A DNA stretch of 64,000 bases from Candidatus Malihini olakiniferum. Lineage in GTDB: Bacteria > Pseudomonadota > Gammaproteobacteria > Enterobacterales > Enterobacteriaceae. The stretch lies in assembly GCA_051305815.1 (NCBI GenBank), contig JBPPLV010000027.1:61428-125427 (forward strand), read 5' to 3'. This document shows, piece by piece, positions 55,882-64,000 of this stretch. Position 1 is the first letter of the stretch; each line of letters begins with the position of its first letter. Under the pieces are notes generated by a model that did no database searches, was not told the DNA's origin, and saw only the letters and a program-made list of their open reading frames with translations. A program made the translations under genes and the position numbers.

Positions 55882-57105
55882 CTATACATCCAGCAGCAGG
55901 CGTGTTGGATCTTCCAGCATCTCTTTTACCGTGATCAAAAAGCCGATGGATTCAAGACCATCGATCAAACAGTGATCGTAAGAAAGTGCCAGATACATCA
56001 TCGGAAGAATAACTACCTGGCCATTTACTGCCATAGGTCTGTCTTTGATGACATGCATGCCCAGAATCGCGCTTTGCGGCGGGTTAATGATCGGCGTTGA
56101 CGTCAGTGAGCCGAAAACACCGCCATTAGTAATGGTAAAATTACCGCCGGTCAGTTCTTCTACCGTCAGCTTACCGTCTCGCCCTTTAACAGCGAGATCT
56201 TTGATTTTCTTCTCTACGTCAGCCACACTAAGCGCATCAACATCGCGTAGCACTGGCGTGACCAGACCACGTGGCGTTGATACCGCGATACTGACATCGA
56301 AATAGTTGTGGTACATCACATCTTCGCCATCAATGGAGGCATTTACCTCGGGGTAGCGTTTAAGTGCTTCGATCACGGCTTTGATATAGAATGACATAAA
56401 ACCCAGCCGCACGCCGTGGCGTTTTTCAAACGCTTCGCCGTACTGCTGACGCAGGGACATAATCGGCTGCATGTTGACTTCGTTGAAGGTTGTCAACATA
56501 GCAGTACTGTTTTTCGCTTCCAGCAGGCGTTCTGCAACACGCTTACGCAGGCGTGTCATCGGTACACATTTTTCGCTGCGATGAGCCAAAGCAGGTGCGG
56601 CTTGAGCTTTCTCCGCTTTTTTGTCGCTGCTGCTGGTAGACTGAGCCTGTGCCGCCAGATGTTTTTCCACATCTTCACGTGTGATACGGCCATCCACACC
56701 GCTGCCTTTAATAGCAGCCGCATCCAGACCATGCTCACCGATCAGGCGACGAATTGCCGGGCTAAGCGTATCGTTGTTCTCTTCCGTCAACCCTGCGGTA
56801 TAACGCTGGGCAGGAGTAGACTCTTTGCTCTGCGATTTTTCTCTGGTTTCTTTACCGGAACTGTCGCTACGGCGCAGGCGTCCAAGGATTTGGCGCGATA
56901 TCACCGTAGCCCCTTCGCTTTCCAGTACAGCATCAAGCACGCCAGCTTCCGGTGCAGGCACTTCCAGCACTACTTTATCCGTTTCAATTTCAACCAGCAC
57001 CTCATCACGCTGGACGCTGTCGCCCGGTTTTTTGTGCCAGGTCGCTAAGGAAGCATCAGCTACCGATTCGGGAAGGTCAGGGACAAGAATATCTACGCTA
57101 CTCAT
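55882..57105 (-). CDS. sucB: 2-oxoglutarate dehydrogenase E2 (dihydrolipoyllysine succinyltransferase)
   Basis: The 407-aa ORF has a lipoyl domain (..[14 protein letters not shown]..) and a catalytic domain. Note that the motif reads DHCLIDG. Confidence 0.93.
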   Translation of the reverse strand: MSSVDILVPDLPESVADASLATWHKKPGDSVQRDEVLVEIETDKVVLEVPAPEAGVLDAVLESEGATVISRQILGRLRRSDSSGKETREKSQSKESTPAQRYTAGLTEENNDTLSPAIRRLIGEHGLDAAAIKGSGVDGRITREDVEKHLAAQAQSTSSSDKKAEKAQAAPALAHRSEKCVPMTRLRKRVAERLLEAKNSTAMLTTFNEVNMQPIMSLRQQYGEAFEKRHGVRLGFMSFYIKAVIEALKRYPEVNASIDGEDVMYHNYFDVSIAVSTPRGLVTPVLRDVDALSVADVEKKIKDLAVKGRDGKLTVEELTGGNFTITNGGVFGSLTSTPIINPPQSAILGMHVIKDRPMAVNGQVVILPMMYLALSYDHCLIDGLESIGFLITVKEMLEDPTRLLLDV

Positions 57106-57120
57106 TATCTATCCTTTTAT

Positions 57121-59928
57121 TTAATCAACGTTCAGCGCGTCGTTAACCAGATCTTGCTGTTGTTTCTGATGCACAGACATATAACCGACCGCCGGTGAGG
57201 CGGAGGCCGGGCGTCCGGCGTAACGCAAAGACACTCCAAAGGGAATCACTTCGCGGAAATAGTGCTGGCTGTAATACCATGCACCCTGATTGAGAGGCTC
57301 TTCCTGACACCAGACAAAATCATGTACGTGTGCAAACGGCTCTAATGCCGTCTGTACCGCTTGCTGCGGAAACGGATAAAGCTGTTCTATACGCACAATC
57401 GCCACGTTGTTCTGTTCATTCTTCCGACGCTGTTCTAATAAATTATAGTAGACCTTACCAGAACAGAGCACGACGCGCTTCACTCCTTGCGGATTAAGCT
57501 CATCAATTTCACCGATAGCCGGCTGGAACGCGCCGTTTGCTAATTCTTCCAGCGAGGAGATCGCCAGCGGATGGCGTAACAGCGATTTCGGCGACATGAC
57601 CACCAGCGGACGCCGCATACCGCGTAGCGCCTGACGACGCAGCATATGGTAAAACTGCGCGGGAGTCGACGGAATGCACACCTGCATATTTTGCTCAGCG
57701 CACAGTTGCAGATAGCGTTCAAGGCGTGCGGAAGAGTGCTCCGGACCTTGGCCTTCATAGCCATGTGGCAGCAGCATCACTAGGCCGCACATGCGCCCCC
57801 ACTTCTGCTCTCCGGAGCTGATGAACTGATCGATTATCACCTGCGCACCGTTGGCAAAATCACCGAACTGCGCTTCCCAGATGGTCAGCGTGCACGGTTC
57901 CGCCGTGGCGTATCCGTATTCAAATGCTAGGATTGCCTCTTCAGACAACACCGAGTCCCACACGTTAAACTTGCCCTGCACGTTGTGTACGTGTTCCAGC
58001 GGCGCGTAGCTTGAGCCATTCTTTTGGTTGTGGACCACGGCATGACGATGGAAGAAGGTGCCACGGCCACTGTCTTCACCAGAAATACGAATAGGAATGC
58101 CGTCATCGACTAACGTAGCGTAGGCCAGGGTTTCAGCACCGCCCCAATCGAAAGGTTTATTACCCAATGCCATTTCAGCGCGATCGGCATATACCTTAAC
58201 AACGCGCGGATGCATTTCAATGGCTTCCGGCACTTCACTGATACGTTTTGCCAATTCTTGCAGACGTTTCATCTCCACCTTGTGCGTATAGGATTCATCC
58301 CACTCGTGGTTCAGGTAAGGCATCCAGGTGAAGGATTGCATGTCGATTTCACGCCATTCCCTCACTACGCATTCGCCCGCGTCCAATGCGTCGCGATACA
58401 GGTTAACCTGCTCGGTAGCATCCTCCAGCGTGATGTTTTTTTCCAGTTCCAGGCGGTCAGCATACACCTTGCGCGGCGTTGGATGTTTTTTGATTTTCTG
58501 GTACATCATCGGCTGCGTTGCACTTGGCTCATCGACTTCATTGTGGCCATGACGGCGATAGCAAATCAGATCAATAAACACATCGCGTTTAAATTCATTG
58601 CGGAAATCCAATGCCAAACGCGTCACATAGGCAACCGCTTCCGGATCGTCAGCGTTGACGTGGAAAATCGGCGCCTGAACCATCTTGCCAATGTCAGTAC
58701 AATATTCCGTGGAACGAATATCCAGCGGGTTGGAGGTGGTGAAACCAATGCGGTTGTTGATAACAACACGCAATGTACCGCCAACTTCGTAGCCGCGCAC
58801 CATGGACATGTTGAGCATTTCCTGAACCACGCCCTGGCCGCTGATGGCCGCATCACCGTGAATAGTGACAGGCAATACACGCGGACCACTCTCACTACTG
58901 AGACGATCAAGGCGCGCGCGTACGGAACCCATCACCACCGGGCTGACAATCTCAAGGTGCGATGGGTTAAACGCCAGAGCCAGATGCACCAGACCACCCT
59001 CAGTCGCAAATTCAGACGAAAAGCCCTGATGATATTTCATATCACCGGTGCCGAGATGCTTTTTATACTTACCCGCAAATTCATCAAATAAATCCTGTGG
59101 CTTTTTACCCAGCACGTTAACCAGCACGTTCAGGCGGCCACGGTGCGCCATACCCAGCACCACTTCACGTATACCGTTTCTTCCAGCGTGACGGATCATT
59201 TCTTTGAGCATGGGCACTAGCGCATCGCCACCTTCCAGCGAGAAGCGTTTAGCGCCAGGGTATTTAGCATCTAAATAGCGCTCCAGCCCTTCCGCCGCTG
59301 TCAGCTCTTTCAGGAAGAGGCGCTTCTGTTCCAAGCTAAAAGAAGGTTGACCGGTAATGGATTCGATACGCTGCTGAATCCAGCATTTTTTATCGGTGCT
59401 AGTGATATGCATATATTCGGCACCGATAGAACCGCAATAGGTGCGCTTCAAGGCGTCATACAGCTCACCGAGCTTCATGATCTCTTTGCCGATAGCAAAA
59501 GAGCCCACGTTAAAGGAGTCCTGGAGATCATCCACCGTCAGGTTATGGTAGGCGAGATCCAGTTCAGCAACCGGAGTTTGTAGGCGCAAATCGATCGGGT
59601 CCAGCTTGGCTTGCTGATGACCACGGAAACGAAACGCGTTAATCAGCTGCAATACTTTGACCTGTTTGGCGTCAATGTCAGGATCGGTCACAGAGGAGCT
59701 AAAACGCGAGGCATCTTTCGCCAGACGGCGGAAATAATCGCGCGTTTTGGAGTGCAGTTGATCGGGTTTTACCCCCGCCGTAGGCAACTGCTGGAAGATA
59801 GACCGCCAGCTAAGATCGATAGAATCCTGATCGGTTAAAAAATCTTCATAGAGCTGTTCTATGTAGGACTGGTTCGCACCCGCCAGATAGGAGGAATCTA
59901 GCCAGGCCTTCATTGCGCCGTTCTGCAT
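57121..59928 (-). CDS. sucA: 2-oxoglutarate dehydrogenase E1
   Basis: The 935-aa ORF is collinear with E. coli SucA (MQNGAMKAWLDSSYL.GANQSYIEQLYEDFL..). Confidence 0.97.
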   Translation of the reverse strand: MQNGAMKAWLDSSYLAGANQSYIEQLYEDFLTDQDSIDLSWRSIFQQLPTAGVKPDQLHSKTRDYFRRLAKDASRFSSSVTDPDIDAKQVKVLQLINAFRFRGHQQAKLDPIDLRLQTPVAELDLAYHNLTVDDLQDSFNVGSFAIGKEIMKLGELYDALKRTYCGSIGAEYMHITSTDKKCWIQQRIESITGQPSFSLEQKRLFLKELTAAEGLERYLDAKYPGAKRFSLEGGDALVPMLKEMIRHAGRNGIREVVLGMAHRGRLNVLVNVLGKKPQDLFDEFAGKYKKHLGTGDMKYHQGFSSEFATEGGLVHLALAFNPSHLEIVSPVVMGSVRARLDRLSSESGPRVLPVTIHGDAAISGQGVVQEMLNMSMVRGYEVGGTLRVVINNRIGFTTSNPLDIRSTEYCTDIGKMVQAPIFHVNADDPEAVAYVTRLALDFRNEFKRDVFIDLICYRRHGHNEVDEPSATQPMMYQKIKKHPTPRKVYADRLELEKNITLEDATEQVNLYRDALDAGECVVREWREIDMQSFTWMPYLNHEWDESYTHKVEMKRLQELAKRISEVPEAIEMHPRVVKVYADRAEMALGNKPFDWGGAETLAYATLVDDGIPIRISGEDSGRGTFFHRHAVVHNQKNGSSYAPLEHVHNVQGKFNVWDSVLSEEAILAFEYGYATAEPCTLTIWEAQFGDFANGAQVIIDQFISSGEQKWGRMCGLVMLLPHGYEGQGPEHSSARLERYLQLCAEQNMQVCIPSTPAQFYHMLRRQALRGMRRPLVVMSPKSLLRHPLAISSLEELANGAFQPAIGEIDELNPQGVKRVVLCSGKVYYNLLEQRRKNEQNNVAIVRIEQLYPFPQQAVQTALEPFAHVHDFVWCQEEPLNQGAWYYSQHYFREVIPFGVSLRYAGRPASASPAVGYMSVHQKQQQDLVNDALNVD

Positions 59929-60201
59929 TGTGATCTCTTAAGCTAATAAGCTTCATTTTTCGCCGTGGTTAACATGTCTTGTGCCGTAAAAAAACGAGGC
60001 ACCGTAAACGGTTTATTTCCCTGCCAGGTCACGCAGGATCATGATATTTTTCCTCTTTAAGGAACTTTTAAAAACCGGTTTGGTGCACAAGCCCGTTTTT
60101 AAAGGTTTCCTATCATCCCCCCCCCGCAGCCCAGCCGGGGGATAATCATGTTACGTCTTACCACTGCACGGTACGGTAGTTTTACCTCTGCGCGGTGCGT
60201 C

Positions 60202-60930
60202 TTAGGCTCCGTGTTGCAACAACATCGATTTAATATGTTCAATCGCCCGCGCGTTGGGTTGAGTCCTTTCGGGCAAACATTGACGCAATTCATGATGCTA
60301 TGGCACCGGAATACGCTGAAAGCATCATCCAGCGAATCCAGGCGCTGCTTGGTTTCCGCCGTATCACGACTGTCGATCAGGAAACGATAAGCAGCCAGCA
60401 GAACGCCGGACCCACGAATTTATCCGGGTTCCACCAGAACGACGGACAAGATGTGGAACAGTAGGCATACATGATGTACTCATACAATTCATCTAGCTTG
60501 GCACGTTGGTCCGGCGACTGAAAATGTTCCCGCGCCGGTGGATTCTGCAAATTATTCGATAAAGTAAGGCTTTATTTTCTCATATTGAGCATAGAACTGT
60601 GCTCTATGCCCACCACCAAATCACGTATTACCAGTAATCCTGGCAGAGGACGGATGAAAATTTTGCCTTTAGCCCATTTCAGCGCCGATACTGGTGTGAT
60701 ACAAGCCAGTCCTTTTTTTCCGTTCATGTGAAGGCTGTCGGAACCACACACCCCATTCACGGCAAGAGCGGCGGAACGCCAGCGTGGGATCTTGCTCTTT
60801 GATTTGGATCAGCGCGTTAAGCAGCATCATGTCGCATCCCTCCTCCGCTTCCAGCGTGTAATCCTACATATGCAGCGCGTCGTCTACATATGGGTTGTAG
60901 CGATAAATTGAAAATTCAAGTTTCATCTTG
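60202..60930 (-). pseudogene. sdhB: Succinate dehydrogenase iron-sulfur subunit, multiply frameshifted
   Basis: MKLEFSIYRYNPYVDD.., ..CGSDSLHMNGKKGLACITPVSAL...IRPLPGL.VIRDLVV (ORF 60572..60760) and ..[15 protein letters not shown] (ORF 60099..60293) lie in different frames. Confidence 0.9.
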
Positions 60931-60948
60931 CCATGTCTGCGACATTAA

Positions 60949-62402
60949 TAAGTACGTATTTTCGGCGGAAATGCCGGACATAATTTAGGCTGCATGTTCA
61001 CCTCGCGGCGCGTTATGCTCTCGTTTTGCGGCAAATAAAGCGAATAACACAACTATTTTTCATTATCACGATCCAGGTGGTCGAAGAGATTGTGCGCCTC
61101 GCGACTTTCAGTTCGGTAATTGGCGGAGATAGCTTTGCATACGCGGTTTCCATCAGATTATCCAGTTCGAGACACTCAATGCGCTGAGTGTTGAACTCTG
61201 TTGATGTCTTATCGAGACGCGCGTTTTTCAGACTTTTACGAATCACCTTCCGCTCTTCCAGCTCCTTAACCATCGCATCCCCTTCACGGAACAAAGAAAA
61301 GTTGTTCTGCATGCAGGATTGCAATGCCTTACGGATTTCCACCGGATCTTCCCCAGTGCGATTATTTTTCCAGCGATTCAGACGTTACAACGCCGCTTCA
61401 ACATCACTGTCGCTGGCATCGCGCAGTTCATCTTGTTCTTCCGGTAATTCTTACAAATGCATACCGGCAGAGCGGCCAAAGACCACCAGATCGAGCAGCG
61501 AGTTACCGCCTTAAGCGGTTAGCACCATGCATGGAGACACAAGCAATCTCACCGACGGTAAACAGCCCTGGTACTACAATATCTTCCCATTTTTCATTTA
61601 CCGCCAGCGCCTGACCACTTACCTTGGTAGGAGTGCAGCCCATCATATAATGACAGATGGGAATGACCGGAATCGATTCTTTCACTGGATCGACGTGAGC
61701 AAAGGTACGAGACAGTGCCAAGATGCCCGGCAGGCGTGATTCCAGCACGTCTTTACATAAGTGATCGAGTTTCAGCTTGGCGTGAGGACCCCCCACCCAA
61801 GAGTCGTCGCAGCCGCGACCTTCGCGGATTTCAATCATGATGGAGCGCGCAACAGCATCATGACCAGCCAGATCTTTGGCGTTAGGTACATGGTGCTCCA
61901 TAAAGCGCTTACCGTGCTTGTTGATCAAATAATCCCTTCACCACGGCAAGCCTTCGGTAACCAGCACGACCACACCCGAATCCCCGTCGGGTGGAACTAC
62001 CACATTTCGACATCCTGCACCGGCACACCTGCACGCAGCGCTATACCGACACCGTCGCCGTTATTAATAAATGCGGCCATCATCCAAACGAGGAGAAAGG
62101 CAAAGCCACGTGCTCCAGTTCTAGAATGGCTTCCGGACCGGTTTTACACGTTTATTCAATGGCATCCTGATCGCCCATGTAGTCCTACGATATCGTACAT
62201 GTGCCATTCCAGTCATCTTCATGGGTGTTGCACAGTGTGACGGTAATACCGACTTGAACAGACACGGTATACGAGCGCGTCGGGAAGATCTTGGAAAGCA
62301 GCGTGCAGGAAAGTTCATTTGTGAGATTTGTAATGCAGCGCGCATACCTGCGCCACCTGAGCCGATAACAAAGGCATCAAATTGCCTAATTGGTAAATTC
62401 AT
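60949..62402 (-). pseudogene. sdhA: Succinate dehydrogenase flavoprotein subunit, multiply frameshifted and about 300 nt shorter than the intact gene
   Basis: [28 protein letters not shown].., ..[40 protein letters not shown].. (ORF 61503..61928), ..[23 protein letters not shown].. (ORF 61013..61342) and the tail ..[10 protein letters not shown] lie in different frames. Confidence 0.92.
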
Positions 62403-62746
62403 CACGCCCCACACCACAATGGTTCCATAAATAACGTACACCAGCAACGCAACCACGATGGCGAGTTGCAATATCAGACGCAGCGCCAGTGGTTTAATGT
62501 AGTCAGTCAATACTTGCCACATTCCTATCCAGGCATGAACCAGGATGCTGAATAACGTCAGCAGCGTGAACACTTTGGTGAGGGACATCGCGAAGAAACC
62601 GCGCCAGATAGGATAGGTAATATCTCTAGCAGTGGCGACCAAACCCACGATATATATAATATAGAGCACAATAACAATGGCAGAAGCAAGCATGAGCAGC
62701 CAATCGTGAACGCCATTACGTACTATGCAGAAGCATTGCTTACCAT
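62403..62746 (-). pseudogene. sdhD: Succinate dehydrogenase membrane anchor SdhD, 1-nt deletion at about codon 8; stop codon lost
   Basis: MVSNASA* sits in the start frame. The rest (..[27 protein letters not shown]...[25 protein letters not shown]...VVWGV) is in the frame of ORF 62121..62843, which runs on into sdhA. Confidence 0.85.
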
Positions 62747-63129
62747 ACGAGGACTCCAGCCAGTAGTGAAAGCACGACAGTAATGATAGAAGAGAAAGTT
62801 GCAGAATAATTTCCCGATGCAAGATCTTCCTCAAGAAAGACAAAATCCATCATCAGATAGCGTAGTCCACCGACAATATAGTAAGCCAGCGCGGTGAAGA
62901 TGCTCCACAGAATAAATTTAACAATCACGCTATCCAGAATGGCCGCAGCGTAGAGAAACCCTTCTTCGGATGAGAGAAAGTGCCTGAGCAGCCACAGCAA
63001 AATACCGACAGCCACAAAGATGATTACGACAGAGATACGGTGAAGAATTGAGACTATCGCAGTTAAGGGAAACCGGATCTTTTGCAGATCTATATTGATA
63101 TATATTTGTTTTTTAAAGTATTTTTCCAT
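62740..63129 (-). CDS. sdhC: Succinate dehydrogenase cytochrome b556 subunit SdhC (open 129-codon ORF, probably non-functional)
   Basis: It is collinear with E. coli SdhC (..[34 protein letters not shown]...[12 protein letters not shown]). However, TALAYHVVVGIRHMMMDF reads [18 protein letters not shown]. Confidence 0.8.
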   Translation of the reverse strand: MEKYFKKQIYINIDLQKIRFPLTAIVSILHRISVVIIFVAVGILLWLLRHFLSSEEGFLYAAAILDSVIVKFILWSIFTALAYYIVGGLRYLMMDFVFLEEDLASGNYSATFSSIITVVLSLLAGVLVW

Positions 63130-63777
63130 ATAATTTTATTATTTTTTTCCTGACCTGTAACTAGGTTACACAGCGCGAAGAATGCAGCCACATGCTTGCG
63201 GGTGATACATTGGCCTTAACGTCAACATCCCATGTTAAACGGTAAATGACTTATTCACGCTGGGTGCTCCTACTTCAGGGGTTCCGGAGACCGGAACGCG
63301 ATTATAAGTACTTCACAATCTTATTACAATTAGCCCATAAATTGTTTAGTGAAATTTCAGCCAAACAGTGAATTAGATCACCTATTTCACATTTTATATA
63401 AAATTAACTATCTCATTTGATATATTATTAAATAATTAAATTACAAATAGGGCTGTAATCTGAAAGTCGCCCGTTAAAGAATTCAAGATAGGCTTTCCTA
63501 GTGACATAACTTGTGTAACAGTAGAAAGTCGAATTCCACGTATAAAGTCATGTTAATAACTAGAGTAGACTAAAATTTAGAGAATCGTTACTAACCGGAA
63601 GAACGCGGTTTTACTTTGATGGGGTGGTGAGCCCGGCCATCACCTGATGCTGTATCCTGATTGGCGAAAATGCCGCAACTGTGGCGTTCTGGCCTATTTT
63701 CTCTTTTCGGTGTACAGACATAACGGTATTTCTTCGGTGATAAATTTTTAATAATTAAAGCGCTAAGGAGACTGTAA

Positions 63778-64000
63778 ATGGCTGATAATAAAGCGACACT
63801 TACCCTAAATGGTAAAAATCCCATTGAGCTTGATATGTTGTCAGGCACGCTAGGGCAAGACGAAATCGATATCCGTAGCCTAGGTTTCAAAGGCTTTTTT
63901 ACGTTCGATCCAGGATTTACCTCCACGGCGTCTTGCGAATCCAAAATCACCTACATTGACGGTGAAAAAGGGGTGCTACTGCACCGCGGCTTCCCTATCG
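63778..64000 (+). CDS. gltA: Citrate synthase (5' part, runs off the window end)
   Basis: [73 protein letters not shown], with the SD sequence aaggag 7 nt upstream. Confidence 0.95.
   Translation, partial: MADNKATLTLNGKNPIELDMLSGTLGQDEIDIRSLGFKGFFTFDPGFTSTASCESKITYIDGEKGVLLHRGFPI

Noticed and set aside
58210-59091. A 293-codon ORF on the plus strand inside sucA. Similar long antisense ORFs lie at 56416..57048 in sucB, 51824..52378 in tolB, 52946..53374 in tolA, 30522..31022 in metG and 33536..34081 in fdnG.
   Set aside because: They lie fully antisense to well-supported genes and have low-complexity or unrecognisable translations. They are classic shadow ORFs.
63591-63950. A 119-codon minus-strand ORF overlapping the gltA start.
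   Set aside because: It is antisense to the strongly supported gltA 5' end and the sdhC-gltA control region, with no homology.

Overview
This is a 64-kb chromosomal window from a gammaproteobacterium of the order Enterobacterales, judged by gene content and order. ERIC-type intergenic repeats and the protein spellings lean toward the Yersinia/Serratia side of the order, but I cannot name the species from sequence alone.

The gene order joins familiar enterobacterial blocks: TonB-receptor/SBP/rpiR debris | GGDEF remnant | yjbHGFE | gnd-galF | rfbA-rfbC | IS3-family element | ugd | eroded O-antigen genes | wzc'-wzb-wza-wecA-like with a JUMPStart/ops leader | yegH | dcuC | asmA-dcd-udk | apbC(mrp) | metG | fdnGHI | pgl | ybhA | modC-modB' | cusA' | gpmA | aroG | pnuC | DUF554, qorB-like, hxlR-, tetR-, AKR-, SDR-type genes | tRNA-Lys | cpoB-pal-tolB-tolA-tolR-tolQ-ybgC | ybgE-cydX-cydB' | sucB-sucA | sdhB-sdhA-sdhD-sdhC | gltA.

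The dominant signal is genome decay.
- About 21 genes are open and full length: gnd, galF, ugd, yegH, asmA, dcd, metG, pgl, gpmA, pnuC, cpoB, pal, tolB, tolA, tolR, tolQ, ybgC, sucB, sucA, sdhC and gltA.
- About 40 recognisable genes are frameshifted, truncated, internally deleted or carry nonsense codons. This includes the only IS element and the only tRNA gene in the window.
- This pattern fits a recently host-restricted, endosymbiont-like lineage.

The observations most worth a second look are:
- a tRNA-Lys(UUU) gene split by a 66-nt insertion inside the T-loop;
- sucAB kept alone while sucCD/cydA are deleted and sdhABD are dead, with sdhC open but both conserved His residues reading Tyr;
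- hidden damage in ORFs that look intact (a compensated frameshift pair in ybgC, DHRxxDG reading DHCLIDG in SucB, cpoB reading through its own terminator);
- three independent surface-polysaccharide systems dead while galF, gnd and ugd stay intact, with a perfectly preserved JUMPStart/ops element in front of a dead operon;
- TGT at the selenocysteine position of the fdnG pseudogene.

I found no convincing novel multi-gene system: no defence, secretion, toxin, CRISPR or prophage module. The only unassignable long ORF is 2834..3361. Pseudogene boundaries are approximate (about +/-30 nt) because they were reconstructed by eye across frameshifts.
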